Counted from the stretch's first letter, positions 39,171 to 49,344 are shown. The stretch is 64,000 nt of DNA from Pseudomonadota bacterium (GCA_021799355.1 JAJZAQ010000009.1:7189-71188); one strand, 5' to 3'. Notes: a model not told the origin generated them from the letters alone. Translations and numbers: made by a program.

Positions 39171-39487
39171 CAGCCGCCGGCCACCGGTGGCCAGATCGCC
39201 AGCGTCTCGCCGTCGCGCAGCACCCGCCGGTCGCGCTGGTCGGGATAGATGTAGACCCCGTCGACCAGCACCAGATGCACCAGTTGCCACGGCAGGCGAA
39301 AGCGCTCGACCACGTCCTGTATGGTCGTTCCCGCCGGCAGGGTGAGGCTGATCTGGTGTCCCTGCCGCGGCTGCGGCAGGTAGTCGGTCAGCGTGGCCAT
39401 CAGCTTGAGGGTGATGTGCACGCTGCCAGAGGGGCTTTCAGCGGGCGGATCGGCAGGCGCGGGAGGGTCGGCGGTCGGCTGGGTCAT
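39170..39487 (-). CDS. MoaD/ThiS-family ubiquitin-like sulfur-carrier protein
   Basis: About 105 aa. The beta-grasp-like core ends in the diagnostic C-terminal VAGG followed by the stop. The Pro/Ala-rich N-terminal extension makes the start uncertain. Confidence 0.75.
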   Translation of the reverse strand: MTQPTADPPAPADPPAESPSGSVHITLKLMATLTDYLPQPRQGHQISLTLPAGTTIQDVVERFRLPWQLVHLVLVDGVYIYPDQRDRRVLRDGETLAIWPPVAGG

Positions 39488-39503
39488 CGCGGCAGATCGG
39501 TTT

Positions 39504-40787
39504 TTAGTGGTGCACGGTGTCGCCGCGGCGCTGCTGGCCCTGCGCGCAGGCAAGGTAAGCCTCCATCACTCGCGTCGGGTCGCGCAGCAGCGCGTCTTTC
39601 CACTCGCCCAGCGGTACCCGGCCTTCGACCAGGCCGCGCAGCACGCCGATGTGCTCGGTGCTGCCGATGCTGTTGGCGCCGATCATCACCTCGCCGTCGA
39701 ACTGCAGGCTCAGGTGGCGGAACGCGCCGCGGTCGGTCAGCTCCACCCCCTGGCCGCCGGGCTTGCCCTGCCACTGGCCGAAGCTGCTGGAAATCAGCCC
39801 CAGGGTGTCGAGTACGTTGATTTGCGTGACCCCGCGCAGCCGGGTGGATTTGCCGGCCATGTTCAGCGCCGCGACATACGCCTGATCGACCGCGTTGGGC
39901 TGGATCGCGCTGACGATGGGTTTGCCGTAGACCGCGTCGAACGCCTCGGCGCAATCGCCGGCGGCAAAAATGCCCGGCACATTGGTCTGCATGCGCTCGT
40001 CGGTCAGCACGCCCTGCAGGCAGGCGATGCCCGATCCTTCGAGAAAGCCGATGTTGGGCTTGACCCCGGCGGCGGAAATCACCAGATCGGCCGGCAGCCG
40101 CTGGCCGCTGGACAGCCGCACAGCCAGCGGCGCGGCCAGATCGGCCGGGTTGGACTCGATCGACTCGATGCGCGTGCCGGTATGCACCGCAACGCCTTTG
40201 CCCTGCACCCAGTCGCGGATCATGCCGCCTGCCGTCTCGCCCATCATGCGCGGCACCATACGGTCGCCCATTTCCACCACGGCGAGCTGCACGCGGCGGC
40301 GCACCAGGCTTTCCATGATGATGCAGCCGATGAAACCGGCGCCGAGCTGGATCACCCGCGCGCCGGGCACGGCGTAGCGCTCGATGTCGCGTGCGTCGTC
40401 CAGCGTCCAGCAGGTGTGCACCCGCTGCGCGTGGATGCCGGGAATCGGCGGCAGCACCGGGGTCGAGCCGGTGGAGATCAGCAGGGTGTCGAACGCCAGG
40501 GTGTCGCCGCCGTCCAGCCGCAGGCTGCGCGCGTTGGCATCGACCGCCTTGACCCGCGCGTGCCGCAACGCGATGCCCAGGCGTTTGAAATGCTGCGGGT
40601 CTTTGCGCAGCCAGGTGCCGCGCTCGGTGATGTCACCGTGCAGCAAGTAAGGAATGGCCATGCGCGAATACGGCGGGCCGTCCTCGTCGCCGATCAGGGT
40701 GACGGTGTCGCCCGGGGCGACCTTGCGCAGTGTTTCCGCAGCGACGACCCCGGCGGGGCCGGTGCCGATGATCACGTGGTGTTTCAT
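39504..40787 (-). CDS. FAD-dependent pyridine nucleotide-disulfide oxidoreductase family protein (AorC-like)
   Basis: 427 aa. First dinucleotide fold HHVIIGTGPAGVVAAE, second VIQLGAGFIGCIIME. Confidence 0.8.
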   Translation of the reverse strand: MKHHVIIGTGPAGVVAAETLRKVAPGDTVTLIGDEDGPPYSRMAIPYLLHGDITERGTWLRKDPQHFKRLGIALRHARVKAVDANARSLRLDGGDTLAFDTLLISTGSTPVLPPIPGIHAQRVHTCWTLDDARDIERYAVPGARVIQLGAGFIGCIIMESLVRRRVQLAVVEMGDRMVPRMMGETAGGMIRDWVQGKGVAVHTGTRIESIESNPADLAAPLAVRLSSGQRLPADLVISAAGVKPNIGFLEGSGIACLQGVLTDERMQTNVPGIFAAGDCAEAFDAVYGKPIVSAIQPNAVDQAYVAALNMAGKSTRLRGVTQINVLDTLGLISSSFGQWQGKPGGQGVELTDRGAFRHLSLQFDGEVMIGANSIGSTEHIGVLRGLVEGRVPLGEWKDALLRDPTRVMEAYLACAQGQQRRGDTVHH

Positions 40788-40928
40788 GCGGGATGCCTCA
40801 TTTCATCGCCAAGGTGTCGGCTCGCCCGGGGCATCTGCCCGCTGCGGGCGGTCATACCGCCAACACGCGACCTGAGCGCCGCGCTGCAGCCACCCCAACG
40901 GGGGGCACAGCGCGGCGGCTGCCAGCAG

Positions 40929-42776
40929 TTACAGCCCCAGCCGGGCGCGGGTTTCGGGCTTGAGCGTGCCCTCGGCCGTCCAGCCGCGGATTTCGTAATA
41001 CTTGGGCAGCATTTCCGGCAGCTTGTTGACCAGGCCCTTGGCCGGGCCGGTCTTGGCGGGTTCGGTGAGCAGCCGCGGCGGCAGGGTGTCGTCCTTGGCG
41101 GTGAAACCGGCGCGCAGGTTGAAGTCGCGCTCCATGTTCCAGATGCGCTCGCCGATGGTCGCAAGGTTTTCCATCGTGAAGCTCTCGTCGCAGGCCGCAG
41201 CCAGTTGCGGCTGCAGGTCGGCCATGGTCCAGGCGAAGGTGGTGAACACGCAGACCCCGGCCGAGTCGAACACTGCTGTCGCGTCCTGGAAGGCTTTGAC
41301 CAGTTCGGGCTTGCCTTCGGCAGTCAGCGGGTCGGTCTTGACCGGAATGCCCAGCACTTCCGACGCCACGGTATAGCCGCGCAGGTGGCAGGCGCCGCGG
41401 TTGGACGTGGCATACGCCAGCCCCATGCCTTGGATGCCGCGGCTGTCGTAGGCCGGGAATTCCTGGCCCTTGACGCTCATCGACAGGTCGGGGCGGCCGT
41501 ATTTTTCGGTCAGCCGCTTGCTGCCCAGCGCAATTTCCTTGCCGAAGCCTTCTCCGCGGGCGGTGATTTCGGCAAAGTAGGCCAGCGCCTTGGCCGAACC
41601 GAACGGGGCTTCGATGCCCAGTTGCTCCTTGGTCAGCAGCCCGAGGTCGTACAGCTCCATCACCGCGCCGACGGTGGCACCAAACGAGATCGGGTCCATG
41701 CCGTCTTCGTTGCAGATGAAGTTGGCGTAGGTCAGCGCTTCGAGGTCGTTGACGCCGTTGGCCGAGCCCAGCGCCCACGCGGCTTCGTACTCCAGCCCGC
41801 CCGAGGCGCCCCAGTACTGCGGCTTGTTCTCGACGGTGAAGTGGTGCTGGTCGATTTTGCTGATGCGCCCGCAGGCGATGGTGCAGCCAAAGCACGCCTG
41901 GTTGGTGACGAGATTGGGCTTGCCGTCGGTCTTGCGCGGCTCGTGCATCGCCTCGCCGGAAATGTCCTTGGCGCCCTCGAACTGCACGTCGCGGTGGTTG
42001 CGTGTGGGCATGGCGCCGATTTCGTTGATCACGTTCATCAGCACCTGGGTGCCGTATTTGGGCAGACCCTGGCCGGTGACGGCGTTGTCGTGCAGCACCT
42101 TCTTGCCGGCATTCACCGCGGCCATGAAGGCCTTGGGATCACGCACATGGCCCACGCCCTTGGTGCCGCGAACGGCAATGGCCTTGAGGTTCTTGCTGCC
42201 CATGACCGTGCCGACTCCGCTGCGGCCGGCGGCACGGTGCAGGTCGTTGACGATGCAGGCGTACATCACGCCGTTTTCACCGGCGCGGCCGATGGAGTTG
42301 ACGCGGATCAGCGGATCCTGATGGTGGTTTTTGATCCACGGCTCGGTTTCCCACACCGTTTTGCCCCAGATCGGTGAGGCGTCGCGCAGTTCGGCATGGT
42401 CGTTTTCGATGTAGAGGTACACCGGCTTGGGCGATTTGCCTTCGACGATGATCATGTCCCACCCGGCCATCTTGAGCTCGGCGCCGAAGTAGCCGCCGGA
42501 GTTGGAGCAGGCGATCGCCCCGGTCAGCGCGCCTTTGGTGATCACCGAATAGCGCCCGCCGGTGGACACCGGGGTGCCGGTCAGCGGCCCGGTGGCGTAG
42601 ATGATTTTGTTGTCGGCCGACAGCGGGTCGACCTTGGGGTCGACCTCCTCGACGAAATACTTGGTCGCCAGCCCGCGCTGGCCGATGTAGTCGCGCGCCC
42701 ACTGCATGTTCAGCGGTTCGCTTTGGATGCTGCCGTTGCTCAGGTTGACGCGCAGGATTTTTCCGGCCCAGGTCAT
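40929..42776 (-). CDS. tungsten-type aldehyde:ferredoxin oxidoreductase family catalytic subunit (AorB-like)
   Basis: 615 aa. N-terminus MTWAGKILRVNLSNGSI. 4Fe-4S ligand region ACFGCTIACGR. AAGGAGA Shine-Dalgarno upstream. Confidence 0.9.
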   Translation of the reverse strand: MTWAGKILRVNLSNGSIQSEPLNMQWARDYIGQRGLATKYFVEEVDPKVDPLSADNKIIYATGPLTGTPVSTGGRYSVITKGALTGAIACSNSGGYFGAELKMAGWDMIIVEGKSPKPVYLYIENDHAELRDASPIWGKTVWETEPWIKNHHQDPLIRVNSIGRAGENGVMYACIVNDLHRAAGRSGVGTVMGSKNLKAIAVRGTKGVGHVRDPKAFMAAVNAGKKVLHDNAVTGQGLPKYGTQVLMNVINEIGAMPTRNHRDVQFEGAKDISGEAMHEPRKTDGKPNLVTNQACFGCTIACGRISKIDQHHFTVENKPQYWGASGGLEYEAAWALGSANGVNDLEALTYANFICNEDGMDPISFGATVGAVMELYDLGLLTKEQLGIEAPFGSAKALAYFAEITARGEGFGKEIALGSKRLTEKYGRPDLSMSVKGQEFPAYDSRGIQGMGLAYATSNRGACHLRGYTVASEVLGIPVKTDPLTAEGKPELVKAFQDATAVFDSAGVCVFTTFAWTMADLQPQLAAACDESFTMENLATIGERIWNMERDFNLRAGFTAKDDTLPPRLLTEPAKTGPAKGLVNKLPEMLPKYYEIRGWTAEGTLKPETRARLGL

Positions 42777-42804
42777 GGTGTGTCTCCTTCGGTGTGCGCG
42801 GGGT

Positions 42805-43281
42805 TCAGGCTGCAGCGGCTTGATTGCCGAGCTTGTTGGCCCACTGTTTCATGCGCTCCAGCCCGGTCCAGTCGGCGTCGATGTAGGTGATCGCGCCGGT
42901 CGGGCAGGCCTCGGCGCAGGCCGGCTCGCCGCCGCACAGGTCGCACTTCTGCACCTTGCCGGTCTCAGTGACGTAGTTGATGGTGCCGAAGGGGCAGGCA
43001 ATGGTGCAGACCTTGCAGCCCACGCAAGTATCTTCGCGCACGATCTTCGCGCCGGTGGCCGCATCGAGCACGATGGCTTCGACCGGGCAGGCGTGCAGGC
43101 ACCACGCCTCGTCGCACTGGGTGCAGGTGTAGGGCACCTTGCGCCCGGTTTCGTGGAAGTCGAACACCTTGATGCGGCTGCGCGCGGTGGCGAACACGCC
43201 GTAGTTGTCGTATGAACACGCCATTTCGCACTGCAGACAGCCGGTGCATTTGTCCGGCTCGATGTGCAGGGTTTTCTGCAT
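42805..43281 (-). CDS. 4Fe-4S poly-ferredoxin-like electron-transfer subunit (AorA-like)
   Basis: 158 aa with four cluster motifs: CTGCLQCEMAC, CTQCDEAWCLHACP, CVGCKVCTIACP and CDLCGGEPACAEACP. Confidence 0.85.
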   Translation of the reverse strand: MQKTLHIEPDKCTGCLQCEMACSYDNYGVFATARSRIKVFDFHETGRKVPYTCTQCDEAWCLHACPVEAIVLDAATGAKIVREDTCVGCKVCTIACPFGTINYVTETGKVQKCDLCGGEPACAEACPTGAITYIDADWTGLERMKQWANKLGNQAAAA

Positions 43282-43470
43282 TTTGCGTCTCCTCGTTGTC
43301 GTGACATCCGGCGGCCGGTCTGCGCATTCCACGACCGGGCCGAACCTGCTGCAAAACCGCGTCGATGGTTTGCGACTATAGGCCGTGGCCCGGTCAGCGG
43401 GAAGCCCCTGATTTTGATTGTCCGAGTGTGGCGCTCGGGTATGCGGCAGCGGACTGCGCGCTGCCGCAGT

Positions 43471-44346
43471 TCACGCCGTCATCACCCGGCGGGCGACGCG
43501 CGCCAGAGGCCGTTCGACCCACTGTTCCATGCGGTGCGGCAACGCCAGCGGCTTGAGCAGCATTTTCACCGCCTGATCCATCGGCAGCCGCTCGCCGACG
43601 CGGCGGTACAGCCGCCGGCAGACCTGGTCGAACGACGGGTCGTTCGTCGCGCCGTCCCGGGCCGGGTGATACGCCCACACGTAGCGCAGCGCGATGTCCG
43701 AATCGCTGGTGCGCAACTCATGCAGCCGGCGTCTGAGCGCACCCAGGACGCGCACGCGCGACAGTTTGCGCTCACCGTCCAGTTGCTTGAAATAGTGGTA
43801 GAAATGCTTGTAGTGCTGCACTTCGTCGACGCGGATACGTTCGGTCAGGTCGCTGAGGACCGGCTCGTTGGTCAGGTCGCGTAGCGTCTGGTAGTAGGTG
43901 GCGGTGCCGGTTTCCACCACGCAGCGCGCCACCAGTTCCAGCGCGCGGTCTTCTTCCAGTTCCTCGACGGTGCACAGCCGGGAATACTCGGCAAAAAACG
44001 CAGCGTAGGCGCTGTCCCAGTCGAACTCGGGCCAAACCGTCTGCACATAGGTGCGCAACGCGCGACCGTGCTGCAATTCTTCCGGCTCCCATTGCCCCTG
44101 CAGCCAGTCGGCAATCTGCGGGTAGGCGGTAAAGTGCTCGACCAGGTTGCGCGTGTAGGTGTCAGAGCCCGACTCGATGAACGATGCGCTGACCAGCAGG
44201 TAGAACAGGTCTTCGTTGTCATGTACGTCGGCGACGCGGATGCGGGAGAAGTCGATCCAGTCCAGCGTCCAGTGCGCCTTGCTTCCCACGTTGCGTTGCG
44301 GGGTGCCGGGCGCTGCAGAAGGGGCGGAAAATGTTTGGGTATCCAT
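43471..44346 (-). CDS. ferritin-like di-iron carboxylate protein (desaturase/AurF-like), function unknown
   Basis: 291 aa with an E...ExxH...E...ExxH pattern: FIESG, EELQH, VVETG, DEVQH. Confidence 0.7.
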   Translation of the reverse strand: MDTQTFSAPSAAPGTPQRNVGSKAHWTLDWIDFSRIRVADVHDNEDLFYLLVSASFIESGSDTYTRNLVEHFTAYPQIADWLQGQWEPEELQHGRALRTYVQTVWPEFDWDSAYAAFFAEYSRLCTVEELEEDRALELVARCVVETGTATYYQTLRDLTNEPVLSDLTERIRVDEVQHYKHFYHYFKQLDGERKLSRVRVLGALRRRLHELRTSDSDIALRYVWAYHPARDGATNDPSFDQVCRRLYRRVGERLPMDQAVKMLLKPLALPHRMEQWVERPLARVARRVMTA

Positions 44347-44479
44347 CTTGGATATGCATGCCGTGGTCACAACCCAAGATTAGACTGAAAAATTTGCGCC
44401 GTGCCCGGTCTGGGCGGGATCAATCCGCCTAAACTTGTCACAAAGCATGACACCGCATCGTCGTTGTAGGAGAGGGATC

Positions 44480-45160
44480 ATGAAGTACCGCAAATCGTTC
44501 GCCGTGGTCGCGTCCGCAGCGTTGCTGGCGACCGCCCTGGGTGGCTGCGCCAATATGACCGAATCACAGAAAAGCACGGCGCAGGGTGCGGGAATCGGCG
44601 CGGCTGCCGGTGCGGTCATCGGCGCACTCACGGCTGGAGGCAATCCCGGCAAGAGCGCGCTCACCGGTGCCGCCGCCGGCGCCGCGGTGGGCGCCTTGGG
44701 CGGGTATTTGTGGAACCAGCATCTGGAGCAGCAAAAACAGCAACTCCAGGCCCAGGCGCAGGCTTCAGGCACCGGGGTGCAGGTGACGCAGACGCAGGAC
44801 AACCGGCTGAAAATCAACGTCCCGGCCGACGCCGGGTTCGCCACCGGCAGCGCTTACCTGAATGCGCGCATGTACCCGATCCTGGAAAATCTCGCCACCG
44901 GCCTGATCCAGCATCCGGAAGAAAGCGTGCAGGTGTTCGGCTATACCGACAGCACGGGCAGCGATGCCATCAACTACCCCTTGTCGGAAAATCGCGCGCT
45001 GACGGTGAAAAATTTTCTGGTGTCGCGCGGTGTGGCGCCGCAGCGCATCACCACGCAGGGTCTGGGGCCGCAAAACCCGGTGGCGAGCAACGCCACGCCC
45101 GAAGGCCGCGCCGCCAACCGCCGGGTGGAAATTTACATTTCGGTACCGGCCAAGCCCTGA
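44480..45160 (+). CDS. OmpA-family lipoprotein with Gly-zipper
   Basis: AGGAGAG Shine-Dalgarno. Lipobox LATALGGC and Gly-zipper GAGIGAAAGAVIGAL. OmpA-like C-domain GYTDSTGS...NRRVEI. Confidence 0.88.
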   Translation: MKYRKSFAVVASAALLATALGGCANMTESQKSTAQGAGIGAAAGAVIGALTAGGNPGKSALTGAAAGAAVGALGGYLWNQHLEQQKQQLQAQAQASGTGVQVTQTQDNRLKINVPADAGFATGSAYLNARMYPILENLATGLIQHPEESVQVFGYTDSTGSDAINYPLSENRALTVKNFLVSRGVAPQRITTQGLGPQNPVASNATPEGRAANRRVEIYISVPAKP

Positions 45161-45360
45161 CGCACCCCGGCCCGGCTGTCGCACCCCCGCGGTGCGGCAG
45201 GTTGGGGCAGGGTGGGGGCGTGACCGCGCAAAATGCGCGTGGATCGGCCGTGGCGGCCGCAAGCGGGGTGGTGCGCGCAAGACATGCTGCGCCGACGGGT
45301 TTGCCCCCCTCCCTACAATAGCGCTTTGCCCTTGCGGTCCGCCGTGGACCGTCGTTCCCG

Positions 45361-48300
45361 ATGAACGCCCCCGTTTCCCCTGTCCCCCACCTGTTGGCGA
45401 CGCTGCCGGCTGGCGCAGACGACGCGCCGGCGCGGTTGCGCGAAATCCCGTACAACTACACCTCGTTTTCCGACCGTGAAGTGGTCATCCGCCTGTTGGG
45501 CGAGCAGGCGTGGGACTGGCTCAACCAGCTGCGGCAGGAGCGGCGCACCGGGCGCTCGGCGCGCATGTTGTACGAGGTGCTCGGCGACATCTGGGTGGTG
45601 CAGCGCAACCCGTTTTTGCAGGACGATCTGCTGCAAAGCCGCAAGCGCCGTGCCGCGCTGATCGGCGCGCTCGAACACCGTCTGCGCGAAATCGACCGGC
45701 GGCGCAGCGCCAGCGCGCAGGGCGATGCGGCCGACGCGCAGCGCGACGCGCTGGTGCGGCAATTACTGGATACGGCACGTGCCGCGGTGGCGGCATTCGC
45801 TGCCTGGTTCGACGAGGCCGCGGCGCTGCGGCAGCGCGCACGCAAGGTGCTGGGGCGACACAGCGCGCAGCATGCCATCCGCTTCGACGGCATGGCGCGG
45901 GTCAGCCACGTCACCGACGCTACCGACTGGCGGGTGGAGTACCCCTTCGTCGTGCTCTGCCCGGACACCGAAGAGGAGATCGCCGGACTGGTGCAGGGGT
46001 GCATCGAACTCGGCCTGACCATCATCCCGCGCGGCGGCGGCACAGGATATACCGGGGGCGCGGTGCCGCTGGTGTGGAAAAGTGCGGTCATCAACACGGA
46101 AAAGCTCGATCGCATCGGCCCGGTGGAATACGTCGAACTGCCGGGGGTGCCGCATGCCGTGCCGACCATCCGCACCCCGGCGGGGGTGGTGACGCAGCGC
46201 GTGGCCGACGCCGCCGAGGCTGCAGGGCTGGTGTTCGCCGTCGATCCGACTTCGGCCGATGCGTCGTGTGTCGGCGGCAATGTGGCGATGAACGCCGGCG
46301 GCAAAAAGGCCGTGCTGTGGGGCACGGCGATCGACAACCTGGCGTGGTGGCGCATGGTCGATCCGCAGGGCCGCTGGGTCGAAGTACAGCGGCTGGAACA
46401 CAACCTGGGCAAGATCCACGACGTCGATGTGGCGCGGTTCGACATCCGCACCTTTGCCGCCGACGGCCACACGCTGCTCGATTCGCGCGTGCTGGAAATC
46501 CCCGGCGCGCAGTTTCGCAAAGCCGGTCTGGGCAAGGATGTGACCGACAAATTTCTCGCCGGCCTGCCCGGTGTGCAGAAAGAGGGCTGCGACGGCATCA
46601 TCACCAGCGCACGCTGGGTGCTGCACCGCATGCCGCCGCACATCCGTACCGTCTGCCTGGAGTTTTTCGGCCAGGCGCGTGAAGCGATTCCGAGCATCGT
46701 CGAAATCAAGAATTACCTGGCGTCGCGCCCGGGTGGGGCGATTCTGGCCGGGCTGGAGCATCTCGACGACCGCTACCTCAAAGCCGTCGGCTACGCCACC
46801 AAGAGCCGCCGCGGCAGCCTGCCGAAAATGGTGCTGCTCGGCGACATCGTCGGCGACGATGAAGCCGCCGTGGCGCGTGCCGCCGCCGAAGTGGTGCGCA
46901 TCGCCAACGCGCGCGTCGGCGAGGGGTTCATTGCCGTCAGCGCCGAGGCGCGCAAAACATTCTGGCTCGACCGCAAACGCACTGCAGCCATCGCTCGTCA
47001 CACCAATGCGTTCAAGATCAACGAAGACGTGGTCATCCCGCTGGAGCGCATGGGCGAATACGTCGATGGCGTGGAGCGCATCAACATCGAGCTGTCGCTG
47101 AAAAACAAACTGGCGCTGCTGGCCGAAATCGACCATCTGCTGCGCGGCAACCTGCCGCTGGCGCGCAACGAGGAACTCGCCGAGGGCGAGGCCGCCCTGT
47201 CCGCCGAGGAACTGCAGGCCAGGCGCGTGCAGGCGCTGGAACTGGTGGCGCAGGTGCACGCGCGCTGGTCGTTCTATCTCGAACGGCTCGACACGCGTTT
47301 GGCGGCGCTGCCGGCGCAGGGCGTGGGGCTGTCGCCGGCGCTGCTGGCCTTGGCGCCGCAAACCGCCGCCGACGACGGCCGCACGCTGTTTCACCTCCTG
47401 CAAGACCACAGCGTGCGCGCCTCGTGGAAGGCCGAAGTGCGCAAACCGCTGGCCGCGGTGTTCTCCGGCGGCTTGTTCGAACCGCTGCGCCGCAGCCTGG
47501 ACGCCGTGCACCAGCGCGTGCTCAAGAGCCGGTGCTGGGTGGCGCTGCACATGCACGCCGGCGACGGCAATGTGCACACCAATATCCCGGTGAACTCCGA
47601 CGACTATCTCATGCTGCAGCAGGCGCACGACGCCGTGGCGCGCATCATGCACCTGGCACGCAGCCTGGGCGGGGTGATTTCCGGCGAGCACGGCATCGGC
47701 ATCACCAAACTCGAATTTCTCAGCGACGCCGAAATCGGCGCCTTTCGTGCCTACAAGCGCCAGATCGACCCCGAAGGCCGGTTCAACAGGGGCAAATTGA
47801 TGGCCGATCCGGCGCTGCCGGCGGATTTGCGCAACGCCTATACCCCGAGCTTCAACCTCATGGGGTACGAGTCGATCCTGATGCAGCAAAGCGACATCGG
47901 CGCCATCAGCGCATCGGTGAAAGACTGCCTGCGCTGCGGCAAATGCAAGAGCGTGTGTGCCACGCACGTGCCGCGCGCCAATCTGCTGTACTCGCCACGC
48001 GACAAAATTCTCGCCACATCGCTGCTGATCGAGGCGTTTCTGTACGAGGAACAGACGCGGCGCGGCGTGAGCATCCGCCACTGGGAAGAATTCGAGGACG
48101 TGGCCGACCATTGCACCGTGTGCCACAAGTGCGTCACTCCTTGCCCGGTGAACATCGACTTCGGCGATGTCACCATGAACATGCGCAATCTGCTGCGCAA
48201 AATGGGCAAAAAGAGCTTCAAGCCGGGCAACGCCGCGGCGATGTTTTTCCTCAACGCCACCAAGCCGCAGACCATCAAGCTGGTGCGCAGCGCGATGGTC

Positions 48301-49344
48301 GGCGCCGGCTTCGGGGCGCAACGTCTGGCCACACGGCTGCTGCGCCCGCTCACCCGGCCGCAGACCGCGCACCCGCCGCTGACGGTGGGCAAACCGGCGG
48401 TGCGCGAGCAGGTCATTCACTTCATCAACAAACCGATGCCCGGCGGCCTGCCGAAAAAGACCGCGCGCGCCCTGCTCGACATCGAAGACAAGGAATTCGT
48501 CCCCATCATCCGCAACCCGGCCACGACCACGGTGGACAGCGAGGCGGTGTTTTACTTTCCCGGATGCGGCTCGGAGCGCCTGTTCAGCCAGGTCGGTCTG
48601 GCCACGCAGGCCATGCTCTGGCATGCCGGACTGCAAACCGTGCTGCCGCCGGGTTACCTGTGCTGCGGCTATCCGCAGCGCGGCAGCGGGCAGTACGACA
48701 AGGCGGAAAAAATCATCACCGACAACCGCGTGCTGTTCCACCGTGTGGCCAATACCCTGAACTATCTGGACATCAAGACGGTGGTGGTCAGTTGCGGCAC
48801 CTGCTACGACCAGTTGCAGGGATACGAATTCGACAAAATCTTTCCGGGATGCCGCATCATCGACATCCACGAACTGTTGCTGGAAAAGGGCTATTCGCTG
48901 GCCGCGTCAGGCTCCGGCGCGGCGGTGAAATACCTCTACCACGACCCCTGTCACACCCCGCTGAAACAGCAGGAGCCGATGAAAACGGTCAAGGCGCTGC
49001 TCGGCGACGGTGTGGTCAAGAGCGAGCGCTGCTGCGGTGAAAGCGGCACGTTTGGCATTTCCCGCCCGGACGTCGCCACCCAGGTGCGGTTTCGCAAGGA
49101 AGAGGAAATCCGCAAATCCGAGCTGGCGCTGCGTGCCGACGGGTTTGCCGGAGACGTGAAAATCCTCACCACCTGCCCGTCGTGTCTGCAGGGCCTGAGC
49201 CGCTACGCCAACGATTTGCAGCACGGTTTGCTGCAGGCCGACTACATCGTCATCGAAATGGCTCGGCAGATCCTGGGCGAGAACTGGATGGCCGATTACG
49301 TCAAGGCGGTTAATGCCGGCGGTATCGAGCGCGTGTTGGTCTGA
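45361..49344 (+). CDS. 1327-aa fusion: N-terminal DUF3683-like region + FAD-binding GlcD-type dehydrogenase + 2x[4Fe-4S] + two CCG (GlcF/HdrD-like) domains
   Basis: FAD motif [16 protein letters not shown]. Ferredoxin motifs [11 protein letters not shown] and [15 protein letters not shown] motifs LCCGYPQRG and [10 protein letters not shown]. Confidence 0.9.
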   Translation: MNAPVSPVPHLLATLPAGADDAPARLREIPYNYTSFSDREVVIRLLGEQAWDWLNQLRQERRTGRSARMLYEVLGDIWVVQRNPFLQDDLLQSRKRRAALIGALEHRLREIDRRRSASAQGDAADAQRDALVRQLLDTARAAVAAFAAWFDEAAALRQRARKVLGRHSAQHAIRFDGMARVSHVTDATDWRVEYPFVVLCPDTEEEIAGLVQGCIELGLTIIPRGGGTGYTGGAVPLVWKSAVINTEKLDRIGPVEYVELPGVPHAVPTIRTPAGVVTQRVADAAEAAGLVFAVDPTSADASCVGGNVAMNAGGKKAVLWGTAIDNLAWWRMVDPQGRWVEVQRLEHNLGKIHDVDVARFDIRTFAADGHTLLDSRVLEIPGAQFRKAGLGKDVTDKFLAGLPGVQKEGCDGIITSARWVLHRMPPHIRTVCLEFFGQAREAIPSIVEIKNYLASRPGGAILAGLEHLDDRYLKAVGYATKSRRGSLPKMVLLGDIVGDDEAAVARAAAEVVRIANARVGEGFIAVSAEARKTFWLDRKRTAAIARHTNAFKINEDVVIPLERMGEYVDGVERINIELSLKNKLALLAEIDHLLRGNLPLARNEELAEGEAALSAEELQARRVQALELVAQVHARWSFYLERLDTRLAALPAQGVGLSPALLALAPQTAADDGRTLFHLLQDHSVRASWKAEVRKPLAAVFSGGLFEPLRRSLDAVHQRVLKSRCWVALHMHAGDGNVHTNIPVNSDDYLMLQQAHDAVARIMHLARSLGGVISGEHGIGITKLEFLSDAEIGAFRAYKRQIDPEGRFNRGKLMADPALPADLRNAYTPSFNLMGYESILMQQSDIGAISASVKDCLRCGKCKSVCATHVPRANLLYSPRDKILATSLLIEAFLYEEQTRRGVSIRHWEEFEDVADHCTVCHKCVTPCPVNIDFGDVTMNMRNLLRKMGKKSFKPGNAAAMFFLNATKPQTIKLVRSAMVGAGFGAQRLATRLLRPLTRPQTAHPPLTVGKPAVREQVIHFINKPMPGGLPKKTARALLDIEDKEFVPIIRNPATTTVDSEAVFYFPGCGSERLFSQVGLATQAMLWHAGLQTVLPPGYLCCGYPQRGSGQYDKAEKIITDNRVLFHRVANTLNYLDIKTVVVSCGTCYDQLQGYEFDKIFPGCRIIDIHELLLEKGYSLAASGSGAAVKYLYHDPCHTPLKQQEPMKTVKALLGDGVVKSERCCGESGTFGISRPDVATQVRFRKEEEIRKSELALRADGFAGDVKILTTCPSCLQGLSRYANDLQHGLLQADYIVIEMARQILGENWMADYVKAVNAGGIERVLV

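Noticed and set aside
39393-42377. 994-aa plus-strand ORF across the aor operon. The 579-aa ORF at 10385-12124 across MBL and fabA is a similar case.
   Set aside because: Both are antisense to strongly supported genes and have no recognisable domains.
43282-43470. Possible Moco/Tuco riboswitch or sigma54 promoter upstream of the aor operon.
   Set aside because: I could not match the conserved Moco-motif core from memory. No TGGCAC-N5-TTGC arrangement fits on the minus strand. The two hairpins are more simply the terminator region of the upstream ferritin-like gene, and a TATAGT -10-like box lies downstream of them. An Infernal scan with the Rfam Moco model would settle this.
45763-48870. 1035-aa minus-strand ORF antisense to the FAD/Fe-S fusion gene.
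   Set aside because: This is a shadow ORF with the same low-complexity composition. The plus-strand frame carries FAD, 4Fe-4S and CCG motifs.
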